A stretch of DNA of 55,055 bases from an uncultured Magnetovibrio sp. (GTDB taxonomy: Bacteria; Pseudomonadota; Alphaproteobacteria; Rhodospirillales; Casp-alpha2): contig CAZQPC010000001.1 of NCBI GenBank assembly GCA_964595005.1, positions 1 through 55,055 of the forward strand, given 5' to 3'. The notes beneath the pieces were generated by a model, which was not told the origin of the DNA, did not search any database, and worked only from the letters and a program-made list of their open reading frames with translations. A program made the position numbers and the translations under genes. Shown here in pieces: positions 27,733 to 36,787 of this stretch. The number at the start of each line of letters is the position of its first letter. Position 1 is the stretch's first letter.

Positions 27733-28308
27733 TATCTTATTCGCTCATTGTCAGTTCAAGTTGCCGGGCAGGGTCGGCGACCGTGACACATCATCGGAGG
27801 CCGGGGCAAACGCGAAATTCGTTTCCCATTGGTCCACCGGGCGCAGCATGGGTCCATCACCGCACAACGAACACAATATTTACCCGGCCATTTGTCCCTG
27901 CTGTTGTCTGAGCGCGTGAATGCGCGCGTCGAACGGCGTCATGTCGGCGGTAGCCGCAAGAACCGTTTGGTTGTCATCGGGGGGTATGGCGGGGTTCAAT
28001 GTCATTATCGTCGATTGCCAGCCCGCCAAGATCGAGTTTCGTCTCCGTCGACGCTCACATTGTGGTGGTGCCCGGCGAATTGAGGTAGAAGAATTTCGCC
28101 ACGCCTACGTCACGTTGGTGGTGAAATTGACACGTCAGGCCTGCCAAATATCAGGAACAGGCGGCGGCGCGCAATCTTTGCCAACCCTGTGGACTATGAA
28201 TAGGATCGAGATATCATCTGCGATCCCGGGTTCGCGGCCGTGGACGTGGGTTCAAAAATGTTGACCCTGGCCTTTGCAGGCCTGGATCAACAGCCCGAAG
28301 GAAATGCC

Positions 28309-28722
28309 ATGAAATACGTACATGCCGTACACGTGAGGTGGTCCGACTGTGACCCGGCGGGCATCATCTACCACCCGCACTATTTTCGCTGGATGGACGA
28401 TGCCGCCCACCTGCTGCTCGACAAGGCCGGATTCGGGTTCGAACGTCTACTCAAGGATCTCGGGGTTCCTGGCGTTCCCTTGGTCAGCGCCAATGCGGAT
28501 TTTCGCTCTCCTGCTATGCTCGACGATCTTCTGGAGATTGAGTGCCACGTTTCGGAATTCGGCACCAAGTCTTTCACCGTCTCGCACTTCATCCGCCGCG
28601 GCGAGACCCTGATCGCGGAGGGCTGGCAAAAGCGGGTTTGGTGCAAGGCCGATCCGGATGGCTCGCGCAAACTGACGGCGCATCCCATACCGGATAATTT
28701 CAAACAGGCGCTTGCGCCGTGA
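28309..28722 (+). CDS. 4HBT-fold acyl-CoA thioesterase (YbgC/FadM-like)
   Basis: VRWSDCDPAGIIYHPHYFRWMDDA hotdog-thioesterase N-terminal motif. ATG at 28309 with an AAGGA RBS. Confidence 0.82.
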   Translation: MKYVHAVHVRWSDCDPAGIIYHPHYFRWMDDAAHLLLDKAGFGFERLLKDLGVPGVPLVSANADFRSPAMLDDLLEIECHVSEFGTKSFTVSHFIRRGETLIAEGWQKRVWCKADPDGSRKLTAHPIPDNFKQALAP

Positions 28723-28745
28723 TCCGCCGTGATCCCCCGTGATCC
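28716..28745 (+). repeat. three tandem 10-bp repeats (GCCGTGATCC, GCCGTGATCC, CCCGTGATCC)
   Basis: Read directly from the sequence. The first unit contains the thioesterase stop. The TGA triplets at 28720, 28730 and 28740 fall in all three frames. Confidence 0.8.
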
Positions 28746-28787
28746 CCAGGGGGCCCACGTGATTGAGAAGGCGAGGAAAATTATTCA

Positions 28788-30920
28788 ATGAGTACAGAGC
28801 GCTCCTTTAAGACGGAAGTCGAAACCCTGCGCCTGGGCAGCGGCGAAATGTTCTACGGCGAAGGCATCGTTGCCGTTGCCAAGGGACTGCTGCAGTCCGG
28901 TGTCGCCTACGTCGGCGGTTACCAAGGTGCCCCCGTCTCGCACCTGATCGACGTCATGGTCGATGCGGAAGAGCTGATGGATGAGCTGGGCGTGCATGTG
29001 GAAACCTGCACCAACGAAGCCGCCGCCGCCGCCATGTTGGGGGCCTCGATCAACTACCCCCTGCGCGGCGCCGTCACCTGGAAATCTATCGTCGGCACCA
29101 ATGTCGCCTCCGACGGGCTGTCCAACCTGGCGTCGCCCGGCGTGCTCGGCGGCGCCTTGATCGTCATCGGCGAAGATTACGGCGAAGGCGCCAGCGTGAT
29201 CCAGGAACGGACCTTGGCGATGGCCATGAAATCCAGCATCTGGCTGCTTGATCCCAGGCCCGACATGGAGGTCATGGTCGATATGGTGGAGAAAGCCTTT
29301 GAGCTTTCCGAAACCTCATCGACGCCGGTGATGATGCAACTTCGCGCCCGCGCCTGCCACATACAGGGCCGGTTCACCTGTAAGGACAATCAGAAATCCC
29401 CGGTCAACGCCGGCAACCCCATGGCGGAACCGGCGGCCTTCAGTTATGACCGGCTGGCCCATCCGCCCGTCACCTACGCCCATGAACGATTGAAGGTCCA
29501 TGAGCGCCGCCCCGCGGCGGAGCGCTATGTCGTCGAAAACGGCCTCAACGATCTGTACGGGGGCGATTTGGACGATGTTGGGATTATTTTGCAGGGCGGT
29601 CTGTACAACAGCGTGATCCGGCGCCTGCAGGCGTTGGGATTGGCCGATCACTTCGGCGAAACGCGCATTCCGTTGTTGGTGTTGAACGTCCTGCATCCCG
29701 TGGTTCCGGACCAGATTTCAGATTTCTGCGGCGGCAAACGGGCCGTAATGATCGCCGAGGAAGGCAACCCGGAATTCATCGAACACCAGATTCACACGAT
29801 CCTGCGCAAGGCCGGGGTGGCGACCCCGGCGCACGGCAAGGACATTATGCCCGCCGCCGGTGAATACACGGCCGAGATTCTGGAAGACAGCCTTGATGCG
29901 TTTCTTAAAATGTACAGCGTAAACCCCGGCCCCGGGTATTCGGCGCCGGTGATTGCCGGTATCAAAAGCGCCGCCGCCGACTCTCTTGGCGATCCGTTGC
30001 CGCCGCGGCCGCCGCAGTTCTGCACGGGCTGTCCGGAACGGCCGGTGTTTTCGGCGATCAAGATTCTGGAGCGCGAGATCGGCAAGGTTCACATCGCCGC
30101 CGACATCGGCTGCCACTCCTTCGCCACTTTCGAGCCCTTCTCCCTGGGCAATTCGATCCTTGGCTACGGCATGTCCCTGGCCAGCGCCGCCGCCGTGGCG
30201 CCGTTCCAGAAACGGCGCTCCATTTCGATCATGGGGGACGGCGGTTTTTGGCACAACGGGCTCAGTTCCGGCGTCGCCAGCACGATGCTCAATCAAGGCG
30301 ATTCGGTGCTGATTATCATGCAGAACGGATTTACCTCGGCGACCGGCCAGCAGTTCATCCCCAGCAGCGCCATGGGTCCGCACGGCGAAGCCCCCGGCAT
30401 GGACATCGAAACGGTCCTGCGGGGCCTTGGCGTGCCGTGGCTCAGGACGATCAGAACCTACGGCGTTTCGCGGATGATCGAGACCTTGCGCGAAGCCCTG
30501 ACGACGACGCAAAAAGGCCTCAAGGTGATCATCGCCGACGGCGAATGCCAACTGGCCCGGCAGCGCCGGCTGCGCGCCCAAATTCCCCAGCAACTGGAAC
30601 GCGGCGAGCGCGTCGTGATGCCGCGTTACGGCATCGATGAGGAAGTATGCACCGGCGATCACGCCTGCATCCGATTGTCCGGTTGTCCCAGCCTGACCAT
30701 CAAAACACCCGCCGATCCCCTGCGCGACGACCCGGTGACGACGGTGGTCGAGAGTTGTGTCGGGTGCGGATTGTGCGGCGAGGTGGCGCACGCTGCGGTG
30801 CTTTGCCCGTCCTTCTACAAGGCCGAGCGCGTGCGCAACGCCGGCCCCTGGGAACGCCTCAGCCACCGCGTGCATACGGCAGTATCGGGCTTGCTGCGCG
30901 GCGCGGGAGACGCACCGTGA
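28788..30920 (+). CDS. iorA: indolepyruvate/arylpyruvate ferredoxin oxidoreductase, alpha subunit
   Basis: TPP motif IMGDGGFWHNG. Two Cys clusters, CTGDHACIRLSGCP and CVGCGLCGEVAHAAVLCP. 710 aa. Confidence 0.88.
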   Translation: MSTERSFKTEVETLRLGSGEMFYGEGIVAVAKGLLQSGVAYVGGYQGAPVSHLIDVMVDAEELMDELGVHVETCTNEAAAAAMLGASINYPLRGAVTWKSIVGTNVASDGLSNLASPGVLGGALIVIGEDYGEGASVIQERTLAMAMKSSIWLLDPRPDMEVMVDMVEKAFELSETSSTPVMMQLRARACHIQGRFTCKDNQKSPVNAGNPMAEPAAFSYDRLAHPPVTYAHERLKVHERRPAAERYVVENGLNDLYGGDLDDVGIILQGGLYNSVIRRLQALGLADHFGETRIPLLVLNVLHPVVPDQISDFCGGKRAVMIAEEGNPEFIEHQIHTILRKAGVATPAHGKDIMPAAGEYTAEILEDSLDAFLKMYSVNPGPGYSAPVIAGIKSAAADSLGDPLPPRPPQFCTGCPERPVFSAIKILEREIGKVHIAADIGCHSFATFEPFSLGNSILGYGMSLASAAAVAPFQKRRSISIMGDGGFWHNGLSSGVASTMLNQGDSVLIIMQNGFTSATGQQFIPSSAMGPHGEAPGMDIETVLRGLGVPWLRTIRTYGVSRMIETLREALTTTQKGLKVIIADGECQLARQRRLRAQIPQQLERGERVVMPRYGIDEEVCTGDHACIRLSGCPSLTIKTPADPLRDDPVTTVVESCVGCGLCGEVAHAAVLCPSFYKAERVRNAGPWERLSHRVHTAVSGLLRGAGDAP

Positions 30921-32422
30921 ACGCGCCAGGCGACGTCAGGCCGATTGCTCTGTTGATCGGCGCGCTGGGCGGCGAGGGCGGCGGCGTGCTTTGCGGTTGG
31001 ATTGTCAGCGCCGCCGAGGCCCGCGGTTTTCCCGTTCAAAGCACCTCCATTCCCGGTGTCGCCCAGCGGACCGGCGCAACCACCTATTATCTGGAGATCT
31101 GGCCCGAGACCTGGTCCGATCTGGCCGGCCGCAAGCCCGTGCTGTCGCTGACCGCCGTGCCGGGCGACGTTGATGTCGTGGTTGCCAGTGAGTTGCTGGA
31201 AGCCGGCCGGATCATCTCACAGGGATACGTGACTCCGGAACGGACATGCCTATTGGCGTCCACCCACCGGGTCTTCACCACGGCGGAGAAGATGGCCATG
31301 GGCGATGGACGCCATGATTCGCAATCGGTGCTTGCCGCCGCCCGGGCCCAGGCCCGGCATTTGAGCGCCTTCGACATGCAAAAAGTTGCGGAAGCGGCCG
31401 GCGCCCCGCTCAGCGCAATATTGTTGGGCGCGTTGGCGGGCACCGGCACCTTGCCCCTGGCGGCCGATGAGTTCCGTCAGGCGATCACGCGGCAAGGCAA
31501 AGCCGTTGAGATCAATCTGCGCGGCTTTGACGCGGGTCTCGCGGCCGCCGCGGATGCCGATGTTGACGGCGGCGATGATGCGGCGCACCAGCCCGCGGCC
31601 GCGGATCCCTTTGGCGATCTTCTGGAGACGGCGAAAGCCAAACTTCCGGCGGCGGTTCACGAAACCCTCGGCCATGCCATGCCCCGTCTGGTGATTTATC
31701 AGGACGCGCGATATGCAACCGAATACGTTGATCGCTTGACGGCACTTGGCGATCTTTCGCCGGATATTCTCAACGCGGTCGCCCGCCATCTTGCCGTCCG
31801 CATGACTTACGAGGACGTCATTCGCGTTGCCCAAGTAAAACTGAAATCGGCGCGCATGGACCGCATCCGCCGCGAAGCCGGTGCGGCACCCGGCGAACCC
31901 GTATACGTGACCGACTTGTTCAAACCGGGCGTCGCGGAGATTGCCGATATTCTGCCGGCGGCTTGGGGGGTGCGATTGATGGCCCGGGCCGCCCGGCACG
32001 ACAGGGTGGCGACGTGGAACTGGGCCCTGTCCCTGCGCACGGATCGGATTGGCGGGGCGCTGCGATTGTCGGTGCTGGCCGGATTGCGCCGGTGGCGCAG
32101 GCGGACCTACCGCTACGCCCGCGAACAGAAAGCCATAGAGGCCTGGCTCAAGGATATCGCCGGGGCCGCTGAACACGACGAAGCCTTGGCCCTGGAAGTG
32201 GCCAGATCGGCGCGCCTGATTAAGGGCTATGGCGACACGCACAGCCGTGGCGAGGGAAATTTCAAAAGCCTGCGCGACGCGATTATTCTTCCGGCGCTGG
32301 CCAATCCAGAAACACCCGGCGCGGCGGCCTCACTTGCCGAAGCCCGGGAAGCCGCCCTGGCCGATCCGGACGGCAGAAAGCTGGATGAGATTTTGACAGC
32401 GGTCCGCGAAACGGCAGATTAA
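30917..32422 (+). CDS. iorB: indolepyruvate oxidoreductase, beta subunit family
   Basis: GTG at 30917 (GTGA overlap with the iorA stop) gives VNAPGDVRPIALLIGALGGEGGGVL...PGVAQRTGATTYY, the IorB-type N-terminus. The upstream part of the track ORF overlaps iorA. Confidence 0.85.
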   Translation: MNAPGDVRPIALLIGALGGEGGGVLCGWIVSAAEARGFPVQSTSIPGVAQRTGATTYYLEIWPETWSDLAGRKPVLSLTAVPGDVDVVVASELLEAGRIISQGYVTPERTCLLASTHRVFTTAEKMAMGDGRHDSQSVLAAARAQARHLSAFDMQKVAEAAGAPLSAILLGALAGTGTLPLAADEFRQAITRQGKAVEINLRGFDAGLAAAADADVDGGDDAAHQPAAADPFGDLLETAKAKLPAAVHETLGHAMPRLVIYQDARYATEYVDRLTALGDLSPDILNAVARHLAVRMTYEDVIRVAQVKLKSARMDRIRREAGAAPGEPVYVTDLFKPGVAEIADILPAAWGVRLMARAARHDRVATWNWALSLRTDRIGGALRLSVLAGLRRWRRRTYRYAREQKAIEAWLKDIAGAAEHDEALALEVARSARLIKGYGDTHSRGEGNFKSLRDAIILPALANPETPGAAASLAEAREAALADPDGRKLDEILTAVRETAD

Positions 32423-33777
32423 CCGGTCAGTATGGACGGCAGCCAAAGGGTGATGGCCGGGAAAGCGATGAGTATCGCGACGCGGATCATCTCGGCGGCG
32501 AAAAATGGTGCCACGCCGATGAAGGTGTCCGACATGGGCACATCCTTGGCCATGGCGGAAATGATGAACACGTTCAGTCCCACGGGTGGCGTGATCAGGC
32601 CCAGCTCGACGACAATCAGGGCCAGGATTCCGAACCATATTTTCAGGTCTTCCGCGTTCATGCCGAAAGCCGCGTCGGCGGCGGCCACGGCGTCGCCGCC
32701 GTTCAGTTCAACGATCACCGGCCAGAAGAATGGGATCGCCAGCAGGATCATCGACAGGCTGTCCATCAGACAGCCAAGCACGATCAACGCCGCCAGCAAC
32801 AGGATCAGGACGGTCATGGGCGCCAGATTGACGTTGATCATCCATTCGGCCATGGCTTGCGGCACGCCGCCCCGGGCCATGAAGATTTTCAGCATCTCGG
32901 CGCCCAGCAAGATCAGATAGATCATGCCGGTCGTCTTGGCCGTTTCCAAAAGCGCCTGTTTCATCGCCGGCAGGTTGATTTCACGCCGCACGATACCGAC
33001 CAGGGCGACCAGCAGGGCGCCGAAAGACGCCGCCGGCGTCGGGTTGAAGAAGCCGAAATAAATGCCGCCGATAACCACCGTAAAAATACCCAGCACCGGT
33101 AAGATGCGAACGGTGGCCTCAAGAAACTCCGCCCGGCCGGGAAATTCGCCCTTCGGGCCGCTGTCCGGCCGCACGGTGACGTAAATGGCGATGGTCGCGA
33201 TGAACAACCCCACCGCCATCAAGCCGGGAATGAACGCCGCCATGAACATGGTGACAACATTGGCTTCGACGATGATCGCGTAAATGATCAACACCACGGA
33301 CGGCGGGATCAGAATGCCCAGCACCCCGCCAGCGGCCAGCGTGCCCGTCGCCAATTGGCCCGAATAGTTGTAGCGGCGCAGTTCCGGCAAAGCGACCTGG
33401 CCCATGGTTGAGGCCGTCGCCAGGCTGGATCCGCAAACCGCGCCGAAGCCGGCGCACGCCGCGATAGCCGACATGGCGACGCCGCCGCGCATCCAGCCGA
33501 ACCAGGCGTTGGCGGCGCGGAACAAATCCTGCGACAGCCCGGCTCGGGACGCGATGGCGCCCATGAGCACGAACATGGGCACCACGGACAGGTCATAAAC
33601 GGAAAACTGCCCGTAGGCCAAATCCTTGAGTTGGCTGAGGATGATCATCGGGCCGCTGATCACGGAGATGCCGACCCCGCCGACGATAATCATGGCATAG
33701 GCGATGGGCATGCGAATGACGATCAGCCCGATCAGGGCCGCAACGCCGATAATGCCGAAGAGAAGATTTTGGTCCAT
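32419..33777 (-). CDS. dctM: TRAP transporter large permease (DctM family)
   Basis: ATG at 33777 (MDQNLLFGIIGVAAL...). Polytopic, DctM-like throughout. Confidence 0.9.
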   Translation of the reverse strand: MDQNLLFGIIGVAALIGLIVIRMPIAYAMIIVGGVGISVISGPMIILSQLKDLAYGQFSVYDLSVVPMFVLMGAIASRAGLSQDLFRAANAWFGWMRGGVAMSAIAACAGFGAVCGSSLATASTMGQVALPELRRYNYSGQLATGTLAAGGVLGILIPPSVVLIIYAIIVEANVVTMFMAAFIPGLMAVGLFIATIAIYVTVRPDSGPKGEFPGRAEFLEATVRILPVLGIFTVVIGGIYFGFFNPTPAASFGALLVALVGIVRREINLPAMKQALLETAKTTGMIYLILLGAEMLKIFMARGGVPQAMAEWMINVNLAPMTVLILLLAALIVLGCLMDSLSMILLAIPFFWPVIVELNGGDAVAAADAAFGMNAEDLKIWFGILALIVVELGLITPPVGLNVFIISAMAKDVPMSDTFIGVAPFFAAEMIRVAILIAFPAITLWLPSILTG

Positions 33778-33784
33778 GCTTAGC

Positions 33785-34300
33785 TTACCGCGGGGCCCGC
33801 ATCGCCGCCACCTCATCGACAAACGTCAGGATTGCCGCGACCAGCAAAAGCACCAATGAGAACACTGCGGGCAGGAAAGCGTACCAGAGCGGGATGCTCA
33901 GAATTCCAGTGATTTCTTCGTATTCGATATAGTCCAGCAATCCGAACCACATGCGCCAGATCAACAGCGCCGAGAAGCCCACGGCGGCAATCGCCGCCAG
34001 CACCTTCATCAGGGCGATGGCCGTCGCCCCCGCCTTCATGGTGAAGATATCAGCAGACACGTTCGCGCCTGTCTGTTGGCAGTAGGGTAGAAAGCAGAAG
34101 GCGGCGATGGCGACGCCCATTTCCGTTAGTTCGAAATCGCCGGGAAAGGGTTTGTTGATGATGGCGCCGGCGAGGATTGAATAGGCGTTGATCAGCACGA
34201 CGGCGATAAGCACCAGTCCGCCGAACAGCGCCCAGCCGGTAATAACGCGATGGGCGAGGCTGATATGCCCTGCCCATCGGCCGTTATTCAGATCGGACAT
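33785..34300 (-). CDS. dctQ: TRAP transporter small permease (DctQ family)
   Basis: 171 aa, 4 hydrophobic helices, positioned between dctP and dctM. Confidence 0.82.
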   Translation of the reverse strand: MSDLNNGRWAGHISLAHRVITGWALFGGLVLIAVVLINAYSILAGAIINKPFPGDFELTEMGVAIAAFCFLPYCQQTGANVSADIFTMKAGATAIALMKVLAAIAAVGFSALLIWRMWFGLLDYIEYEEITGILSIPLWYAFLPAVFSLVLLLVAAILTFVDEVAAMRAPR

Positions 34301-34306
34301 GCGGTC

Positions 34307-35353
34307 TTATTTCTTCGTATATTTGGTGACCAGTTCGCGGGCCTTGTCGTAGAGCTTTTGACCCGGAATGCCCTTGCCTTCCATTTCCTTGATCCAGCGG
34401 GCGACCACCGGGGCGACGGCCATTTCGAACTTGCCCCATTCACCGGCGCTCAGCTGGATGTGCTTGTTGCCGGCCTTCTTGGCGACGCCGATGCCGACGG
34501 CCTCGGCGCCATCCCAGATGGCGCCAACTTCCTCGTGCCAAGCGGTGCCTGAGTTATCCAGGAAGATCTTTTGGATATCCTTGGGCAGGCCGTTCCAACG
34601 CGCCGTGTTCATGGCCAGCTGGAAAGACGTGGTGCCCAAACGCTTCCCACCCGGCCCTTCGATCTGATACTTGGTTTGCTGTTGGATTTTTAGCGGCGGG
34701 ATAATCTCAAACGGGATCAAGGCGCCGTCGACGACTTTCTTGGAAAGCGCGATGGGAATCTCGCCCACCGACGTTTTCACCGGGCTGGCACCGAGCGCCT
34801 CCAGCACCCATGCACCGGTACGCGATGGAATGCGGATTTTCAGGCCCTTCATGTCGGCCGGTGAGCGGACCAACTTGTCGGCCATGTGAATAGCCTGGCC
34901 GCCGTGCACGTGCTGGAACAGCGGGAACAGCTTCTTGAAGTCCGGCTTCAGGTAGTCCGCGTACATCTCAAACATGGCGCGGTTGACAGCCGCAGACGAG
35001 CCCTGGTGGACGCCGGGAAGTTCGAACACTTCAGTGCGCGGGAAGGTGCCGCCCGCATAGGCATTGACGATCCAGGCCATATCGACAACGCCGTCGCGCA
35101 CCTGACGCGGCAGTTGCGGCGGCTTGCCGCCCAAGGTCATGGACGGATAGATGGTGATCTTGATCCGGCCTTTGGACGCTTTTTGGATACGGTCCGCCCA
35201 TGGCGCCAGCATCGCCTTGTGGGCCGGCGCCTTGGGGCTCAGGAAATGGTGAAGCTTGAATTCAAACTCCGCCGCCATCGTTGCGCTGCTCATAAGACAT
35301 GCCGCCGAAACCGCCAGCGCCAATGCCCCGATCTGTTTGCTCATCATATTCAT
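34307..35353 (-). CDS. dctP: TRAP transporter substrate-binding protein (DctP family)
   Basis: ATG at 35353 with GGAGG RBS. Signal peptide MNMMSKQIGALALAVSAACLMSSATMA. DctP-like body. Confidence 0.9.
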   Translation of the reverse strand: MNMMSKQIGALALAVSAACLMSSATMAAEFEFKLHHFLSPKAPAHKAMLAPWADRIQKASKGRIKITIYPSMTLGGKPPQLPRQVRDGVVDMAWIVNAYAGGTFPRTEVFELPGVHQGSSAAVNRAMFEMYADYLKPDFKKLFPLFQHVHGGQAIHMADKLVRSPADMKGLKIRIPSRTGAWVLEALGASPVKTSVGEIPIALSKKVVDGALIPFEIIPPLKIQQQTKYQIEGPGGKRLGTTSFQLAMNTARWNGLPKDIQKIFLDNSGTAWHEEVGAIWDGAEAVGIGVAKKAGNKHIQLSAGEWGKFEMAVAPVVARWIKEMEGKGIPGQKLYDKARELVTKYTKK

Positions 35354-35650
35354 GAACTCCTCCCTTGGTTCGTTCGGTATTCTCAATTTAGTTCGGTATG
35401 CTAACATTTATCCCGATCATAAGGCCAACCGGAAAATGCCTAAATCGGCAATGCCAATTTCGAATAGCATACGCGAAATATGAATAGTGCGGTTGACATG
35501 TCTCAAAAACTGGTTGGCTCCGTAGGCGATCCCCAATCGGAATGGAATAAGTCGACCCAGCAAATCCATCGGGATTTCGTCGTTCATGTTAGGCTTTGGC
35601 GGATTGGCGACGCAACCGCCTTGCGGTATTGAAGGTGTCGGAGGACTCAC

Positions 35651-36763
35651 ATGAACACATCGGGTAAACCGCCGTTTCGGGCCGACCATGTTGGATCATT
35701 GCTGCGCTCGCGGGAGGTCCTGGAGGCCCGCGCGAAGCGCGCCGAGGGTGATATTTCCGCCGAAGATCTGCATGACATCGAAGACGCGGAAATCGACAAG
35801 GTCATCGCCCGTCAGGAAGAGGCCGGACTGCAGGCCATCACCGATGGCGAGTTTCGCCGTGAGATGTTTCATATCGATTTACTGGAACACTTGAACGGCG
35901 TGGTGGTCAAAAGCGGCATCCCCATCAAGTTCCGCAACGCCGCCGAGGAGCGCGAGTTCGCGCCGCCGCGCATGGAGGTGGTCGGCCGCCTGGAACGCAT
36001 CCGCCAGATCGCCGTCGAGGATTTCGCCTACCTGAAAAGCAAGACCAATCGCACCGCCAAGCTCTGCATCCCGTCGCCGACCATGCTGCATTTTCGCAGT
36101 GGCCGGAAAGGCATCAGCGCAGAGGTCTATCCCGATATCGAGGAGTTTTTTGCCGATCTGGCGCGGGCTTACCGCGAGGAAATCAAGGCCCTGGGGGATG
36201 CCGGGTGCACTTATTTGCAGTTGGACGACACCAACTTGGCCTACCTGTGCGACCCGAAGATGCGTGAGCGGACCCGTGAGATCGGCGAAGACCCGGATGA
36301 ACTGCCGCGCCTTTATGCCCGGATTATCAATGATGCCATTTCCTCGCGGCCCGACAATATGGCGGTGTGCATTCACCTGTGCCGTGGCAACTTCCGATCA
36401 TCGTGGGTTGCCGAAGGCGGCTACGAGCCGGTCGCCGAGGTTCTGTTCAACGAACTGGACGTGGACGGATACTTCCTTGAATACGATGACGAACGCTCCG
36501 GCGATTTCGCGCCGCTGAGGTTCGTGCCCAAAAACAAGACCGTTGTGCTGGGGTTGGTGTCATCGAAGGTCCCGGAACTGGAGGCGAAAGATGATTTGAA
36601 ACAGCGCATCGATGAAGCGGCCCAATACATGTCCGGCGACCAAATGGCCCTGAGCCCGCAGTGTGGTTTCTCCAGCACGGTGGAGGGCAATGAGCTGACC
36701 GCCGACGCCCAGTTTGCGAAGCTTCGGATGATCGTCGAGACGGCCGAAGACGTGTGGGGTTAG
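35651..36763 (+). CDS. cobalamin-independent methionine synthase C-terminal-domain-only (MetE-like) methyltransferase
   Basis: FRADHVGSLLR N-terminus. Zn-ligand contexts IHLCRGN and LSPQCGFSS. 370 aa, with no MetE N-terminal half. Confidence 0.82.
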   Translation: MNTSGKPPFRADHVGSLLRSREVLEARAKRAEGDISAEDLHDIEDAEIDKVIARQEEAGLQAITDGEFRREMFHIDLLEHLNGVVVKSGIPIKFRNAAEEREFAPPRMEVVGRLERIRQIAVEDFAYLKSKTNRTAKLCIPSPTMLHFRSGRKGISAEVYPDIEEFFADLARAYREEIKALGDAGCTYLQLDDTNLAYLCDPKMRERTREIGEDPDELPRLYARIINDAISSRPDNMAVCIHLCRGNFRSSWVAEGGYEPVAEVLFNELDVDGYFLEYDDERSGDFAPLRFVPKNKTVVLGLVSSKVPELEAKDDLKQRIDEAAQYMSGDQMALSPQCGFSSTVEGNELTADAQFAKLRMIVETAEDVWG

Positions 36764-36787
36764 GCCGCGGCCCAAGGATCAGGTTCG

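Noticed and set aside
27920-28264. 114-aa plus-strand ORF (and 27829..28083) in the long rpiR-thioesterase intergenic region.
   Set aside because: No RBS, atypical composition, and no motif. I treat the region as non-coding or leader pending homology or transcript data.
28716-28745. Considered whether the tandem repeats, or any other repeats in the window, form a CRISPR array.
   Set aside because: The units are 10 bp and directly abutting, with no spacers. No repeat-spacer architecture or cas genes occur anywhere in the window.
35408-35650. Possible SAM-II or cobalamin riboswitch in the 243-nt region upstream of the MetE-like gene.
   Set aside because: I found alternative GGCGG/CCGCC and CGCAA/UUGCG pairings and a GCAAC element. 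The conserved AAAGCU of SAM-II and the B12 box are absent. I cannot support the call without a covariance-model search.
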